From Actinomycetota bacterium (GTDB lineage Bacteria > Actinomycetota > UBA4738 > HRBIN12): a DNA stretch of 64,000 nt. The notes beneath the pieces are model-generated. The model ran no database searches. It was not told the DNA's origin and saw nothing but the letters and a program-made list of their open reading frames with translations. Numbering within the stretch: the first letter of the stretch is position 1; each line of letters starts with the position of its first letter. The stretch covers positions 222 through 64,221 of the forward strand of contig JBDTNY010000022.1 of NCBI GenBank assembly GCA_039933515.1, written 5' to 3'. Positions 53,675 through 62,308 of this stretch are shown here, piece by piece. Both the position numbers and the translations under genes were made by a program.

Positions 53675-53977
53675 CTACGAGCCCCCCGAGACGGCCTGGC
53701 CGCCGCCGATCCCCTGGAAGGGCGGGTTCGGAGGTGGCTGCAGTCCCGACCCTCCGGTCGAGGCCCAGGGATCGTTCACGTCGTGCGCACGCAGCGTGCC
53801 GGTGTTCGAGGATCCGGCGGTGGACGAGGACGTTCCCTGGGTCGAGCTATCGCTCGCCCATGCGACGCCCACCGAGACGATCGCCGCCGCAGCCACCGCG
53901 GTGACCGCGAGCCAGCCGGTGATCGACGAGATCCTTCGCAGTCCCGCGTCGCGGGCGTGGGGATGGGGATGGGCCAT
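53675..53977 (-). CDS. Small membrane-anchored Ser/Gly/Thr-rich protein
   Basis: ATG 53977 follows a GAAGGAG Shine-Dalgarno. TM segment ITGWLAVTAVAAAAIVSVGVAWA. The stop abuts the apbE ATG. Confidence 0.55.
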   Translation of the reverse strand: MAHPHPHARDAGLRRISSITGWLAVTAVAAAAIVSVGVAWASDSSTQGTSSSTAGSSNTGTLRAHDVNDPWASTGGSGLQPPPNPPFQGIGGGQAVSGGS

Positions 53978-54090
53978 CGTGCTCCTTCGTCGGAGAGGGG
54001 CGCCCCGCCCGGCCGGCTGGGGATCGGAGAGAAGGGAGGGTGGCCGGCCGAACGGGGTGCCTCCTGTGGTGCATGCCTGAAGTCTGCGGC

Positions 54091-54123
54091 ACTCAGCTGA
54101 GTCCACCCCGAGAGGAGCCTGAG
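54091..54123 (-). promoter_or_regulatory. Perfect palindrome ACTCAGCTGAGT plus a CTCAGGC box 22 nt upstream, in the promoter region of the ApbE operon
   Basis: Palindrome at 54091-54102, and CTCAGGC (minus strand) at 54117-54123. They lie 115-145 nt upstream of ATG 53977. Confidence 0.3.
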
Positions 54124-54156
54124 GGATCGATGAGCGTTCGGAGCGGTGGTGCGGCC

Positions 54157-55086
54157 TCAGTACCGGGCACCGACGGCCGGGGGCAGCGCGTCGAGCTCGT
54201 CGAGGTCCTCGGACGAGAGTCGGATCCTTGCGGCGGCGAGATTCTCCTCGAGGTACCGCAGCCGCTTCGTGCCGGGGATCGGCGCGACGTTCGGGCCCTG
54301 CGCCAGCACCCACGCCAGGGCGATCTGGGCAGGCGTGGCGCCATAGCGCTCGGCCACCGCCCGCACGCGCTCGACGATCGCGAGGTTCGCGTCGATCGCC
54401 TCGGGCGCGAAGCGCGGGTTCTTCGCGCGGAAATCCAGTTCCTCGAACGCCGCCCCGGTGATCGTTCCCGTCAGGAACCCGCGGCCCAGCGGCGAGAACG
54501 GCACGAAGACCACGTCGTGAGCGAGACACCACGGCACGACGTCGTCGAGTGCCTCCCGTGTCCAGAGCGAGAGTTCGGATTGCAGGGCGGCAACCGGGTA
54601 GATCGCGTGGGCGGTCTCGAGCTGGTCCACGGTGGCCTCCGAGAGTCCGAGCGCGCGGACCTTCCCGGCCTCGACGAGCCCGGCCAGGGCGGCCCAGGAC
54701 TCCTCGAGAGGGACGCCGGGGTCGATCCGGTGGAGGTAGTACAGGTCGATCGCGTCCGTGCGCAGCCGCCGGAGCGACGCATCGGCGGCGAGCGCGATGT
54801 GGTCGGGGCGGGCGTCGTTCGCGAGCGGGTAGCCGCCGTTGGGTCCGACGAGGAGCCCGACCTTGGTCGCGATGCCGACCCGGTCGCGGATCGGCTCGAG
54901 CGCCTCTCCGACCAGCTCCTCGTTCGTGAACGGTCCGTAGACGTCCGAGGTGTCGACGTGGGTGACGCCCAGCTCGACCGCTCGCCGTATCAGCGCGACC
55001 GGATCGTCGTCGCTCTCGCCGAGGTAGGCGAACGACATCGGCATGCAGCCGAGTCCGATGCCGCGGAACGCCGCTCGGGTCTCCAC
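54157..55086 (-). CDS. Aldo/keto reductase
   Basis: 309 aa. GLGCMPMS, HVDTSDVYG, IDLYYLHRID, LGLSE, PIPGTKRLRYLEEN. Confidence 0.9.
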   Translation of the reverse strand: METRAAFRGIGLGCMPMSFAYLGESDDDPVALIRRAVELGVTHVDTSDVYGPFTNEELVGEALEPIRDRVGIATKVGLLVGPNGGYPLANDARPDHIALAADASLRRLRTDAIDLYYLHRIDPGVPLEESWAALAGLVEAGKVRALGLSEATVDQLETAHAIYPVAALQSELSLWTREALDDVVPWCLAHDVVFVPFSPLGRGFLTGTITGAAFEELDFRAKNPRFAPEAIDANLAIVERVRAVAERYGATPAQIALAWVLAQGPNVAPIPGTKRLRYLEENLAAARIRLSSEDLDELDALPPAVGARY

Positions 55087-55209
55087 GCGGCGATGCTAGC
55101 CGGTGGTGCGGTGTTGAAGCGACCCACGTCGGGGCGACAAGGCTGACGTCACGTACGGCCGGCTCGGAGCGCGGCTGACCCCACTCGCGAGCCCGGCTAG
55201 GCTTGACCT

Positions 55210-55707
55210 ATGGCGATCAAACGGATGAATCACGCGGTGCTCTACGTGCGAAATGCCGATCGGACCTTCGCGTTCTACCGGGACGTCTTGGGCTTCAAGC
55301 TCGTGGGCGAGATCCCGCAGGCGGGCGCGAAGTTTTTGCAGGCGCCGGACTCGACGAACGATCACGACCTCGCGCTCTTCACGATCGGCGCCGAGGCCGG
55401 CGATTCCACGGCCGGCCGTCAGACCGTCGGGCTGTATCACATCGCCTGGGAGGTCCAGACGCTCGGCGACCTACAAGAGATCGCGTTGAAGCTCGCGGAC
55501 GCAGGGGCGATGGTCGGCGCCACCGACCACTCGACCACCAAGGCGCTGTACGCGAAAGACCCCGACGGGCTCGAGTTCGAGGTGTGCTGGATCGTTCCGA
55601 AGGAGTTCCTGAGCGGCGACGTGGTGGCCGCGAAGACGCAGCTTCGTCCCCTGGATCTGGAGGCCGACATCGAGCGTTATGGCGTAGGGACGCTGGGCGG
55701 TGTCTAG
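55210..55707 (+). CDS. VOC (glyoxalase/extradiol dioxygenase-like) family protein
   Basis: MNHAVLYVRNADRTFAFYRDVLGF...YHIAWEV...ALYAKDPDGLEFEV. Confidence 0.85.
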   Translation: MAIKRMNHAVLYVRNADRTFAFYRDVLGFKLVGEIPQAGAKFLQAPDSTNDHDLALFTIGAEAGDSTAGRQTVGLYHIAWEVQTLGDLQEIALKLADAGAMVGATDHSTTKALYAKDPDGLEFEVCWIVPKEFLSGDVVAAKTQLRPLDLEADIERYGVGTLGGV

Positions 55708-55728
55708 CGTGTTGCAGCCACCGCGCTC

Positions 55729-56418
55729 ATGAACGTTGAGCTGACATCGCTGGCCCGCGTGCGCGAGCTCATGGCGCGCGCCATCGGGGATGAGAAGCAC
55801 GACGAGAGCAGCACCTCGACGCTCGATGCGCTCTGGGCGCTCTACGACCGGATCTTGCGCGTCGATCCGGCTGACCCGGCGGCGGAGGATCGCGATCGGT
55901 TCATCCTGAGCAAGGGACACGGACCCGTGGCGTTCTATGCGGTGCTTGCCGCCAAAGGGTTCTTCCCCGAGGCGTGGCTGGACGGGTTCATGACCTGGGG
56001 TAGCCGGCTCGGCTCGCATCCCGACCGGCTTCTGGTGCCCGGCGTCGAAGCCTCGACGGGTTCGCTCGGCCACGGTCTTCCCATTGCCGTGGGAGTGGCA
56101 CAGGCGCTGCGTGCCAAGGGCCTCGAGGGTCCGCGCGTGATCGTGTTGACCGGCGACGCCGAGCTCAACGAGGGCTCCAACTGGGAGGCGATCATGCTCG
56201 CGCCCCATCTCGGGCTCGGGAACCTCACGCTGCTCGCGATCGACAATCACAGCTCGACGATCCCGATGGCGCCATGGGAGGCCCGGCTAGGGTCGTTCGG
56301 GTGGCGTGTCCAGGTCGTGGACGGCCACGACCTCGAAGCCCTCGAGGCCGCCCTCTCGGTCCGGGAGGATCGGGTGCCCACCGCGGTCGTCGCCGACATC
56401 CCGGAAGGGGAATGGTGA
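55729..56418 (+). CDS. Transketolase, N-terminal (TPP-binding) subunit
   Basis: DRFILSKGHG, GSLGHGLPIAVG, GDAELNEGSNWEA. Confidence 0.85.
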   Translation: MNVELTSLARVRELMARAIGDEKHDESSTSTLDALWALYDRILRVDPADPAAEDRDRFILSKGHGPVAFYAVLAAKGFFPEAWLDGFMTWGSRLGSHPDRLLVPGVEASTGSLGHGLPIAVGVAQALRAKGLEGPRVIVLTGDAELNEGSNWEAIMLAPHLGLGNLTLLAIDNHSSTIPMAPWEARLGSFGWRVQVVDGHDLEALEAALSVREDRVPTAVVADIPEGEW

Positions 56419-57320
56419 GCGAGATGCGTCCCTCGATCGCGGTGACCCTGACCGAGCTGTTCGAGCGCGACGAGCGGCTCGCGATCGTGCTCGCCGAGAT
56501 CAGCGCGGATCTGTTCCGCCGTGCGCGCCGATTCGATCCCGCTCGAGCCGTGAACGTCGGGATCATGGAGGCGACGATGGTGGGCGTCGCGGCCGGCTTC
56601 GCGATGGAGGGGTTCCATCCCGTCGCGCACACGCTCGGCCCGTTCATGGCGGAGCGTCCCCTCGAACAGCTCAAGCTCGACTTCGGGTACCAGGGCCTGG
56701 AAGGGACGTTCGTGAGCGTCGGCGGCTCCTACGATTACGGCGCCGAGGGCGGCACGCATCATGCGCCGGGCGACGTGGGCGTGCTCTCGACGATCCCGGG
56801 CATGGAGATCTTCGCGCCGGGCACCGCGGCCGAGGCTGACCGACTCGTTCGTTCCGTGTACGCGAACGGGCGTGCGTCGTACCTGCGGGCGAGCGCCGCC
56901 CAGAACGGGGAGTCCTTCGACGTGGAGCCCGGGCGCCTCCAGGTGGTGCGCCGCGGGAGCGTCAGCGCCCCCACGGTCGTCGCGTTCGGGCCGATGCTGT
57001 CCCGCACCCTGGAGGCGGCCACCAGCCTCGACGTCACGGTGGCCTATACCGCCAGCGTCGTGCCGTTCGACGGCGAAGGTCTCGCATCGATCGCCGGCGA
57101 CATCCCCCATGTGATCGCGGTCGAGCCGTGGTTCGAGGGCTCGGTGACCGGCGCGATCGCTGCCGCACTCAGCCACGTGCCCAGCCGCATCGAGGCGATC
57201 GGTGTCCCCAGGCGGTTCCTCCGTTCGTACGGCTCCGCCGCCGAGCACGACCGGGACCTGGGGCTCGACGCCGCCGGGATCGGCCGCCGCCTGCGGGCGA
57301 GGCTCGATCACCCCGCCTAA
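56412..57320 (+). CDS. Transketolase, C-terminal (pyrimidine-binding) subunit
   Basis: NVGIMEATMVGVAAGFA..., GGTHHAPGDVGVL..IPGMEIFAP. ATG 56412 overlaps the upstream stop. Confidence 0.85.
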   Translation: MVSEMRPSIAVTLTELFERDERLAIVLAEISADLFRRARRFDPARAVNVGIMEATMVGVAAGFAMEGFHPVAHTLGPFMAERPLEQLKLDFGYQGLEGTFVSVGGSYDYGAEGGTHHAPGDVGVLSTIPGMEIFAPGTAAEADRLVRSVYANGRASYLRASAAQNGESFDVEPGRLQVVRRGSVSAPTVVAFGPMLSRTLEAATSLDVTVAYTASVVPFDGEGLASIAGDIPHVIAVEPWFEGSVTGAIAAALSHVPSRIEAIGVPRRFLRSYGSAAEHDRDLGLDAAGIGRRLRARLDHPA

Positions 57321-57417
57321 CGGCCGCCTCACCTTCTTCCCTCGGTCCCTGTAACGACGAGGCGCCGCATCGCCACTGTCCCCCATCGGAAGGCACACCT
57401 CATGGGAGGGGGAGCAG

Positions 57418-58455
57418 ATGGATCAGGAAGGTATGCAGGGAACGGCTGGGGCCGTCTTCGTGCAGACGAACGAGCCGAGAAACGCGGTGATCGTGTATGA
57501 GCGCGCGGCCGACGGCCGGCTCGCACGAGGCTCGACCGTTGCGACCGGCGGGGCCGGCAGCGACACTCCGCACCTACCGTCGCAGGGATCGGTAGTGCTG
57601 TCGGGCGACGGGCGCTTCTTGCTCATCACGAACGCGGCGAGCGATGACGTCAGCGTGTTCTCGGTGCATGGCACCGAGGTGACGCTGGTCCAGACCGTCG
57701 CCGCAGGGCAGGCGCCGCGGAGCATCGCCGAGCGAGACGGTCTGGTGTACGTGCTCGCGACGGGCAAGCCGGGGATCGCGGGCTTCCGGCTGAACGACGA
57801 CGGCCTCATCCCGATCGCCGGTGGCGAAGTGTCGCTCTCGGATGCGAGCGCAGATCCCGCACAGATCGGCTTCACGCCCGACGGCTCCGCGCTCGTCGTG
57901 ACCGAGCGGGGCACCGATGCGATCGAGATCGTCCCCGTGGCGCCCGACGGGATGCTCGGCATGGGCACGGTCGTTCCGTCCTCGGGCCCCACGCCCTACG
58001 GGTTCGCGTTCACCTCCGACGGCCGGCTCGTCGTGACCGAGGCGTTCCGCGCCGAGAAGGGTGCGGCGGCCGCCTCCTCGTACGTGTTCCAGGACGGCGC
58101 GCTCACGCCGGCGACCGCGTCGGTGGGCAACGGCCGCAGTGAGATCTGCTGGGCCGTGATCTCGACCGACAACCGCTACGCGTTCACTTCGAACTTCGCC
58201 GACGGGGCGGTCTCTCGGTACGCGATCGCGGCCGACGGGAGCCTCACGCTCGAGGACCCTATTGCCGGGTCGGCGGTGGAAGGCGCCGCAGGTCTGCGCG
58301 ACGAAGACCTGTCGGCCGATGGCCGGCACCTGTACGCGATCGACGCCGACGGAGGCCAGATCTACGGCTGGTCCGTGGGTACGGGCGGCGCGCTCGCCCC
58401 GGTCGGTTCGTGGGACGGCGTCCCGATGACCGTCGCCGGCCTCGCGGCCAGCTGA
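57418..58455 (+). CDS. Lactonase-type 7-bladed beta-propeller protein
   Basis: Repeated blade pattern (VLSGDGRFLLITNAASDDVSVF, FTPDGSALVVTERGTDAIEI, FTSDGRLVVTEA, LSADGRHLYAID). Confidence 0.75.
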   Translation: MDQEGMQGTAGAVFVQTNEPRNAVIVYERAADGRLARGSTVATGGAGSDTPHLPSQGSVVLSGDGRFLLITNAASDDVSVFSVHGTEVTLVQTVAAGQAPRSIAERDGLVYVLATGKPGIAGFRLNDDGLIPIAGGEVSLSDASADPAQIGFTPDGSALVVTERGTDAIEIVPVAPDGMLGMGTVVPSSGPTPYGFAFTSDGRLVVTEAFRAEKGAAAASSYVFQDGALTPATASVGNGRSEICWAVISTDNRYAFTSNFADGAVSRYAIAADGSLTLEDPIAGSAVEGAAGLRDEDLSADGRHLYAIDADGGQIYGWSVGTGGALAPVGSWDGVPMTVAGLAAS

Positions 58456-58460
58456 CGCCG

Positions 58461-58898
58461 ATGCGCCTCGAGCCGCTGTACCGCGTCACGTTCACCACAC
58501 CCGAGGCGTGGACTGCGGAGCTCGAGGGCGATACCGGGACCGAGGGACGAAGCTTCCTGATCGCCGAGGGGCGCTCCACGGGGCGCCTCTCGGCACGGTA
58601 CCGGGCCGCCAACTTCCCGAGGCGCCGCGTCGACGGCGCACTCGTCCCCGAGTTCCGCGGGGTGCTCGAGACCGACGACGGAGCGGCGATCCTGTTCGAG
58701 TGGGTGGGGCTCGCCGTGCTGACGGCGACCGGGATGCGCCGGCTCCTCGGCAGCATCACGCACACGACGAGCGACGAGCGCTATCGATGGCTGAACGCCG
58801 CGGTGGGCGCCGTGGAAGGTGAGGTCCGGCCCCGGCCGGAGGGGGGGTTCGACGTCGTCTTCGAGGTCGCCGAGATGATCTGGGAACCGACCGACTGA
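58461..58898 (+). CDS. DUF3237-like protein
   Basis: 145 aa. The family call rests on overall resemblance (EPLYRVTF...GRSTGRLSARY...LETDDGAAILFEW) and is tentative. Confidence 0.55.
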   Translation: MRLEPLYRVTFTTPEAWTAELEGDTGTEGRSFLIAEGRSTGRLSARYRAANFPRRRVDGALVPEFRGVLETDDGAAILFEWVGLAVLTATGMRRLLGSITHTTSDERYRWLNAAVGAVEGEVRPRPEGGFDVVFEVAEMIWEPTD

Positions 58899-58948
58899 GG
58901 CCGGGGCTGCGGGCGGGTTCGCCCACCCGCAGCCCGGGCTCGCGAGCT

Positions 58949-59686
58949 TCAGGCGCCGGGCGTGTATCGCACGAGCTCGAGATGCTCGTCGCCGCCGGAC
59001 AGGTCCGACTCCATCACGATCCCGAAGCCGGGCGCGTAGAGCTTCTCGGTGACGACCGCGGCCTCGAGCCGGGTCCACTCCATCGATCGCAGGACGTGCT
59101 GGAGCGTTCCGTAGGGAACCGTGACGCTGGTCCCGCGCTGCACGATCCATGCCTGGTCCTCGGCATGCCCCTTGTAGAACTCCTGTCGATACGCATCGGT
59201 CGGCTGGGGGTTAGCCGGCATCGTGATGCCCGCGACCGCGCTGTCGACGCCGGCTTCCCAGGAGCCCTCGGTGCTGATCACCGCGCCGGACGCGTCGTAC
59301 TCTGCCGTCGCCTCACCGAAGTACCAGACGTTGCCTTGGTCGTCAGCCGCGTACCAGTCATCGGTCTTCTCGATCACCGACCCGTGGCTGCGGAGCACGT
59401 CCCGGACCACGGTCGTGGTGACGCCCTGGATCACCTTGGTGCGGTCGGTCACGACCGCGCGCTCCACGACGGGCTCGCCCTCCTTCACGCCTTTGAGCAC
59501 GGCGACCGAGCCGGGCACGAGCGGGAAGTAGTCGTTCGCCACCGGGCTGGTGTACGCGGCCGGGTCGAGCGCGGCGGGCCGCGGCCGTGCCGTCACGGGA
59601 CCTCCGAGCGTGGACAGTGCGAGTGCGACGGTGATCACGGATCCCGCCGCCACGGTCGTGATGGCCTTCCTGTGTCGTCCTGCCAT
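58949..59686 (-). CDS. Secreted hypothetical protein
   Basis: Signal peptide ITTVAAGSVITVALALSTLGGPVTA and high GC3. It is divergent from the second two-component system. Confidence 0.65.
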   Translation of the reverse strand: MAGRHRKAITTVAAGSVITVALALSTLGGPVTARPRPAALDPAAYTSPVANDYFPLVPGSVAVLKGVKEGEPVVERAVVTDRTKVIQGVTTTVVRDVLRSHGSVIEKTDDWYAADDQGNVWYFGEATAEYDASGAVISTEGSWEAGVDSAVAGITMPANPQPTDAYRQEFYKGHAEDQAWIVQRGTSVTVPYGTLQHVLRSMEWTRLEAAVVTEKLYAPGFGIVMESDLSGGDEHLELVRYTPGA

Positions 59687-59732
59687 GGTGCTCCTCCTCC
59701 TGTCGGGATGTCGTCAGCCTGCGGGGAGGCCC

Positions 59733-59780
59733 CTGAACCGGCGCTGAACCATCGCCGCCGCGCTTCAGGTGGCGTTCAGG
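59733..59780. promoter_or_regulatory. Four phased half-sites: CTGAACC-N4-CTGAACC ... CTTCAGG-N4-GTTCAGG
   Basis: Two direct repeats 11 bp apart (59733, 59744) and their inverted copies 11 bp apart (59763, 59774). They lie in the spacer between 59686 (-) and the response-regulator ATG at 59822. Confidence 0.45.
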
Positions 59781-59821
59781 CGAACGAGAGAAGATGGCGG
59801 GTCACGCAGAGCGAGGCAAGG

Positions 59822-60496
59822 ATGCGCGTACTGGTCGTCGAGGATGAACGAGCCCTCGCCGACGGGCTCCGCAAGGGGCTCGAGGCGGAAGGGTTCGCCG
59901 CCGACGTGGTGCACGACGGCGGAGAGGGACTCTGGATGGCGCGGGAACACCCCTACGACGCGATCATCCTGGACCTCATGCTGCCGACGCTGAACGGCTA
60001 CCGCGTGTGTGCCGCATTGCGCGAGGAGGGGATCTGGACTCCAATCTTGATGCTCACCGCGAAGGACGGCGAGTACGACGAGGCCGAGGGTCTCGATACC
60101 GGGGCCGACGACTACGTCACGAAGCCCTTCTCGTACGTGGCGCTGATCGCGCGGCTCCACGCGTTGATCCGTCGCGGTGCGGCCGAGCGCCCCTCCGCGC
60201 TCGCCGTCGGCGACCTGCGGTTCGACCCCGCATCACGCCGAGCGTGGCGGGGTGACCACGAGGTGGCTCTGACGGCGCGCGAGGCATCCGTCCTCGAATT
60301 CCTGTTGCGGCGTCCCGGGGTGGTGCTGTCGAAGCTCGACATCTTGGACCACGTGTGGGACTCGGCGTTCGACGGCGATCCGAACATCGTCGAGGTCTAC
60401 GTACGCCATCTGCGGAACAAGCTCGACCGTCCGTTCGGGCGGACCTCGATCGAGACGGTGCGCGGCGCCGGCTACCGCCTGGTAGACGGAGGGTGA
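59822..60496 (+). CDS. OmpR/PhoB-family response regulator
   Basis: MRVLVVEDE...ILDLMLPTLNG...LTAKD...GADDYVTKPF and a winged helix (LTAREASVLEFL...VEVYVRHLRNKL...TVRGAGYRL). Confidence 0.93.
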   Translation: MRVLVVEDERALADGLRKGLEAEGFAADVVHDGGEGLWMAREHPYDAIILDLMLPTLNGYRVCAALREEGIWTPILMLTAKDGEYDEAEGLDTGADDYVTKPFSYVALIARLHALIRRGAAERPSALAVGDLRFDPASRRAWRGDHEVALTAREASVLEFLLRRPGVVLSKLDILDHVWDSAFDGDPNIVEVYVRHLRNKLDRPFGRTSIETVRGAGYRLVDGG

Positions 60497-61833
60497 CGGC
60501 GGTGGGCCGGCGAGGATCGGTGCGCGTCCGGGCGACCGCCGCCGCAATGCTGGTGGTGGGCCTCGCGCTGCTCGTGGCGGCCGTAGCGATGGTGCGGCTG
60601 ATGGACCGTTCCCTGACCGCGAATGTCCGGACGTTGGCCGAAGACCGCGCCGACGCGATCGTCTCGGAGCTTCGCGCGGGCCGAGGCCCCGATCTGAACG
60701 CGGGCCAGGCCGATGACGAGTTCGTGCAGATCGTGGATGCGAGCGGCACCGTGGTTGACTCGAGCGAGAACGTGCGGGGCCGCGACGCCGTGTCCCCCGG
60801 AGCCGCGGTGGCGATGGGTCTTCGCACCGCTCCGTCCTCCCAGTTCCTGGTCGTGGCCTCGGTGCCGAGCCTGCCGGGCGGGAAACGAACGGTGGTCGTG
60901 GGCAGGAACCTCGACGACGTGCGCGAGGCCATCGACACGGCCTCGCGGTTGCTCTCGATCGGCGTGCCGATCCTGCTGCTCGTCGTCGGCGCGGTCATGT
61001 GGTGGATCACGGCCAGGGCGCTGCGTCCCGTCGAATCCATGCGCGCCGAGGTCGAGACGATCTCGGCAGGCGACCTCGCCCACCGGATCGAGGAGCCCGC
61101 GACGCGCGACGAGATCGCGCGCCTGGCCGCGACCCTCAACACGATGCTGGCGCGCCTCGAGGAGGCGCAGCTCCGGCAGCGGCGATTCGTCTCCGACGCC
61201 GCGCACGAGCTGCGGTCACCTGTTGCCGCGATCCGCCAGCACGCCGAGGTGTCGATCGCCCATCCCGGGTCGGCCCCCGCCCATGTCCTCGCAGGGGTCG
61301 TGCTGGAGGAAGCGCTCCGCCTCCAGCGGCTGGCCGACGATCTGCTGTTCCTCGCGCGGCTCGACGAGGGCGCGAAGGGAACGGCCGAGCCTGTGGATCT
61401 CGACGACCTCGTGCTGGCCGAGGCCGCGCGGCTCCGCTCCGCGTCGTCGCTCCGGATCGACACGACGGGGGTCGCGGCCGCCCGCGTCGCCGGACGGGCA
61501 AGCGAGTTGACCCGGGTAGTGCGGAACCTGGCCGACAACGCAGGCCGACACGCCCGCGCCACGATCGCGTTCTCCTTGTCCGACGAGGGTCGCCACGTCG
61601 TGCTCATCGTCGACGACGACGGTCCGGGCGTCGCGCCCGACGCGCGTGACCGCGTGTTCGAGCGCTTCGTCCGGCTGGACGAAGCGCGAGCACAGGACGA
61701 CGGAGGGAGCGGACTCGGACTCGCGATCGTCCGCGACGTGACGATCGCCCACGGCGGCACGGTCGAGCTCACGGAAGCGCCGTCGGGTGGCGCACGCGTT
61801 CACATCGTGCTCCCGGCGGGTTCCTCCGACTAG
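60493..61833 (+). CDS. Sensor histidine kinase (HAMP, HisKA, HATPase_c)
   Basis: GTG 60493 overlaps the regulator's stop (GTGA). H-box FVSDAAHELRSPVAAI, N-box LADNAGRHA, G-boxes DDDGPGV and GSGLGLAIV. Confidence 0.9.
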   Translation: MTAVGRRGSVRVRATAAAMLVVGLALLVAAVAMVRLMDRSLTANVRTLAEDRADAIVSELRAGRGPDLNAGQADDEFVQIVDASGTVVDSSENVRGRDAVSPGAAVAMGLRTAPSSQFLVVASVPSLPGGKRTVVVGRNLDDVREAIDTASRLLSIGVPILLLVVGAVMWWITARALRPVESMRAEVETISAGDLAHRIEEPATRDEIARLAATLNTMLARLEEAQLRQRRFVSDAAHELRSPVAAIRQHAEVSIAHPGSAPAHVLAGVVLEEALRLQRLADDLLFLARLDEGAKGTAEPVDLDDLVLAEAARLRSASSLRIDTTGVAAARVAGRASELTRVVRNLADNAGRHARATIAFSLSDEGRHVVLIVDDDGPGVAPDARDRVFERFVRLDEARAQDDGGSGLGLAIVRDVTIAHGGTVELTEAPSGGARVHIVLPAGSSD

Positions 61834-61837
61834 GTGC

Positions 61838-62308
61838 CTAGGTCGATCCGCCAGTGAACCCGAGCGCGCGGCAGATCGCGTTCGACGGAGCGTTCGTTGC
61901 GCCGGGGAAGGTATGGACCACCCCCCACCGGCGCTCTCGGCGAGCCTTGTCCAAAATCGCGAGCGCCGCGTCACGGCCGAGCCCCTGTCCCTGGAACTCG
62001 GGCAGCACCATCCAGCCGATCTCGTTGATGTGCTCGCCGTCTTCGTCGTGATCCCAGATGCAGACGTGCCCGACCGGCGTGCCGTCCGCTTCGACGATGA
62101 CGATCCACGCCCGGTCGCTCTCGGCGTCGCCCACGTCGCGGGCGACCTTGCCGGGGATCCCTTGGGATGGAAGCGGCCCGCCGAGCTCGGCCATCATCGC
62201 GGGGTCGCAGCGCATGCGTTCGTAAGGCTCGGCGAGATGGAATGCATCGCTGGCGCTCGGCGTTGAGCGGCATACCCGAGAAGGAGCGCCACCGATGCCT
62301 GCTATCAC
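61838..62308 (-). CDS. GNAT family N-acetyltransferase (start uncertain)
   Basis: EIGWMVLPEFQGQGLGRDAALAIL...NAPSNAICRALGF is the acetyl-CoA-binding core. A GTG 62308 start gives 156 aa but overlaps the divergent pirin start by 14 nt. The alternative ATG 62215 gives only 125 aa. Confidence 0.7.
   Translation of the reverse strand: MIAGIGGAPSRVCRSTPSASDAFHLAEPYERMRCDPAMMAELGGPLPSQGIPGKVARDVGDAESDRAWIVIVEADGTPVGHVCIWDHDEDGEHINEIGWMVLPEFQGQGLGRDAALAILDKARRERRWGVVHTFPGATNAPSNAICRALGFTGGST

Noticed and set aside
55144-55151. Perfect TGACGTCA palindrome in the AKR/VOC divergent spacer, considered as a regulator binding site.
   Set aside because: It is a single 8-bp palindrome with no second copy or flanking symmetry. 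That is too little information to call.
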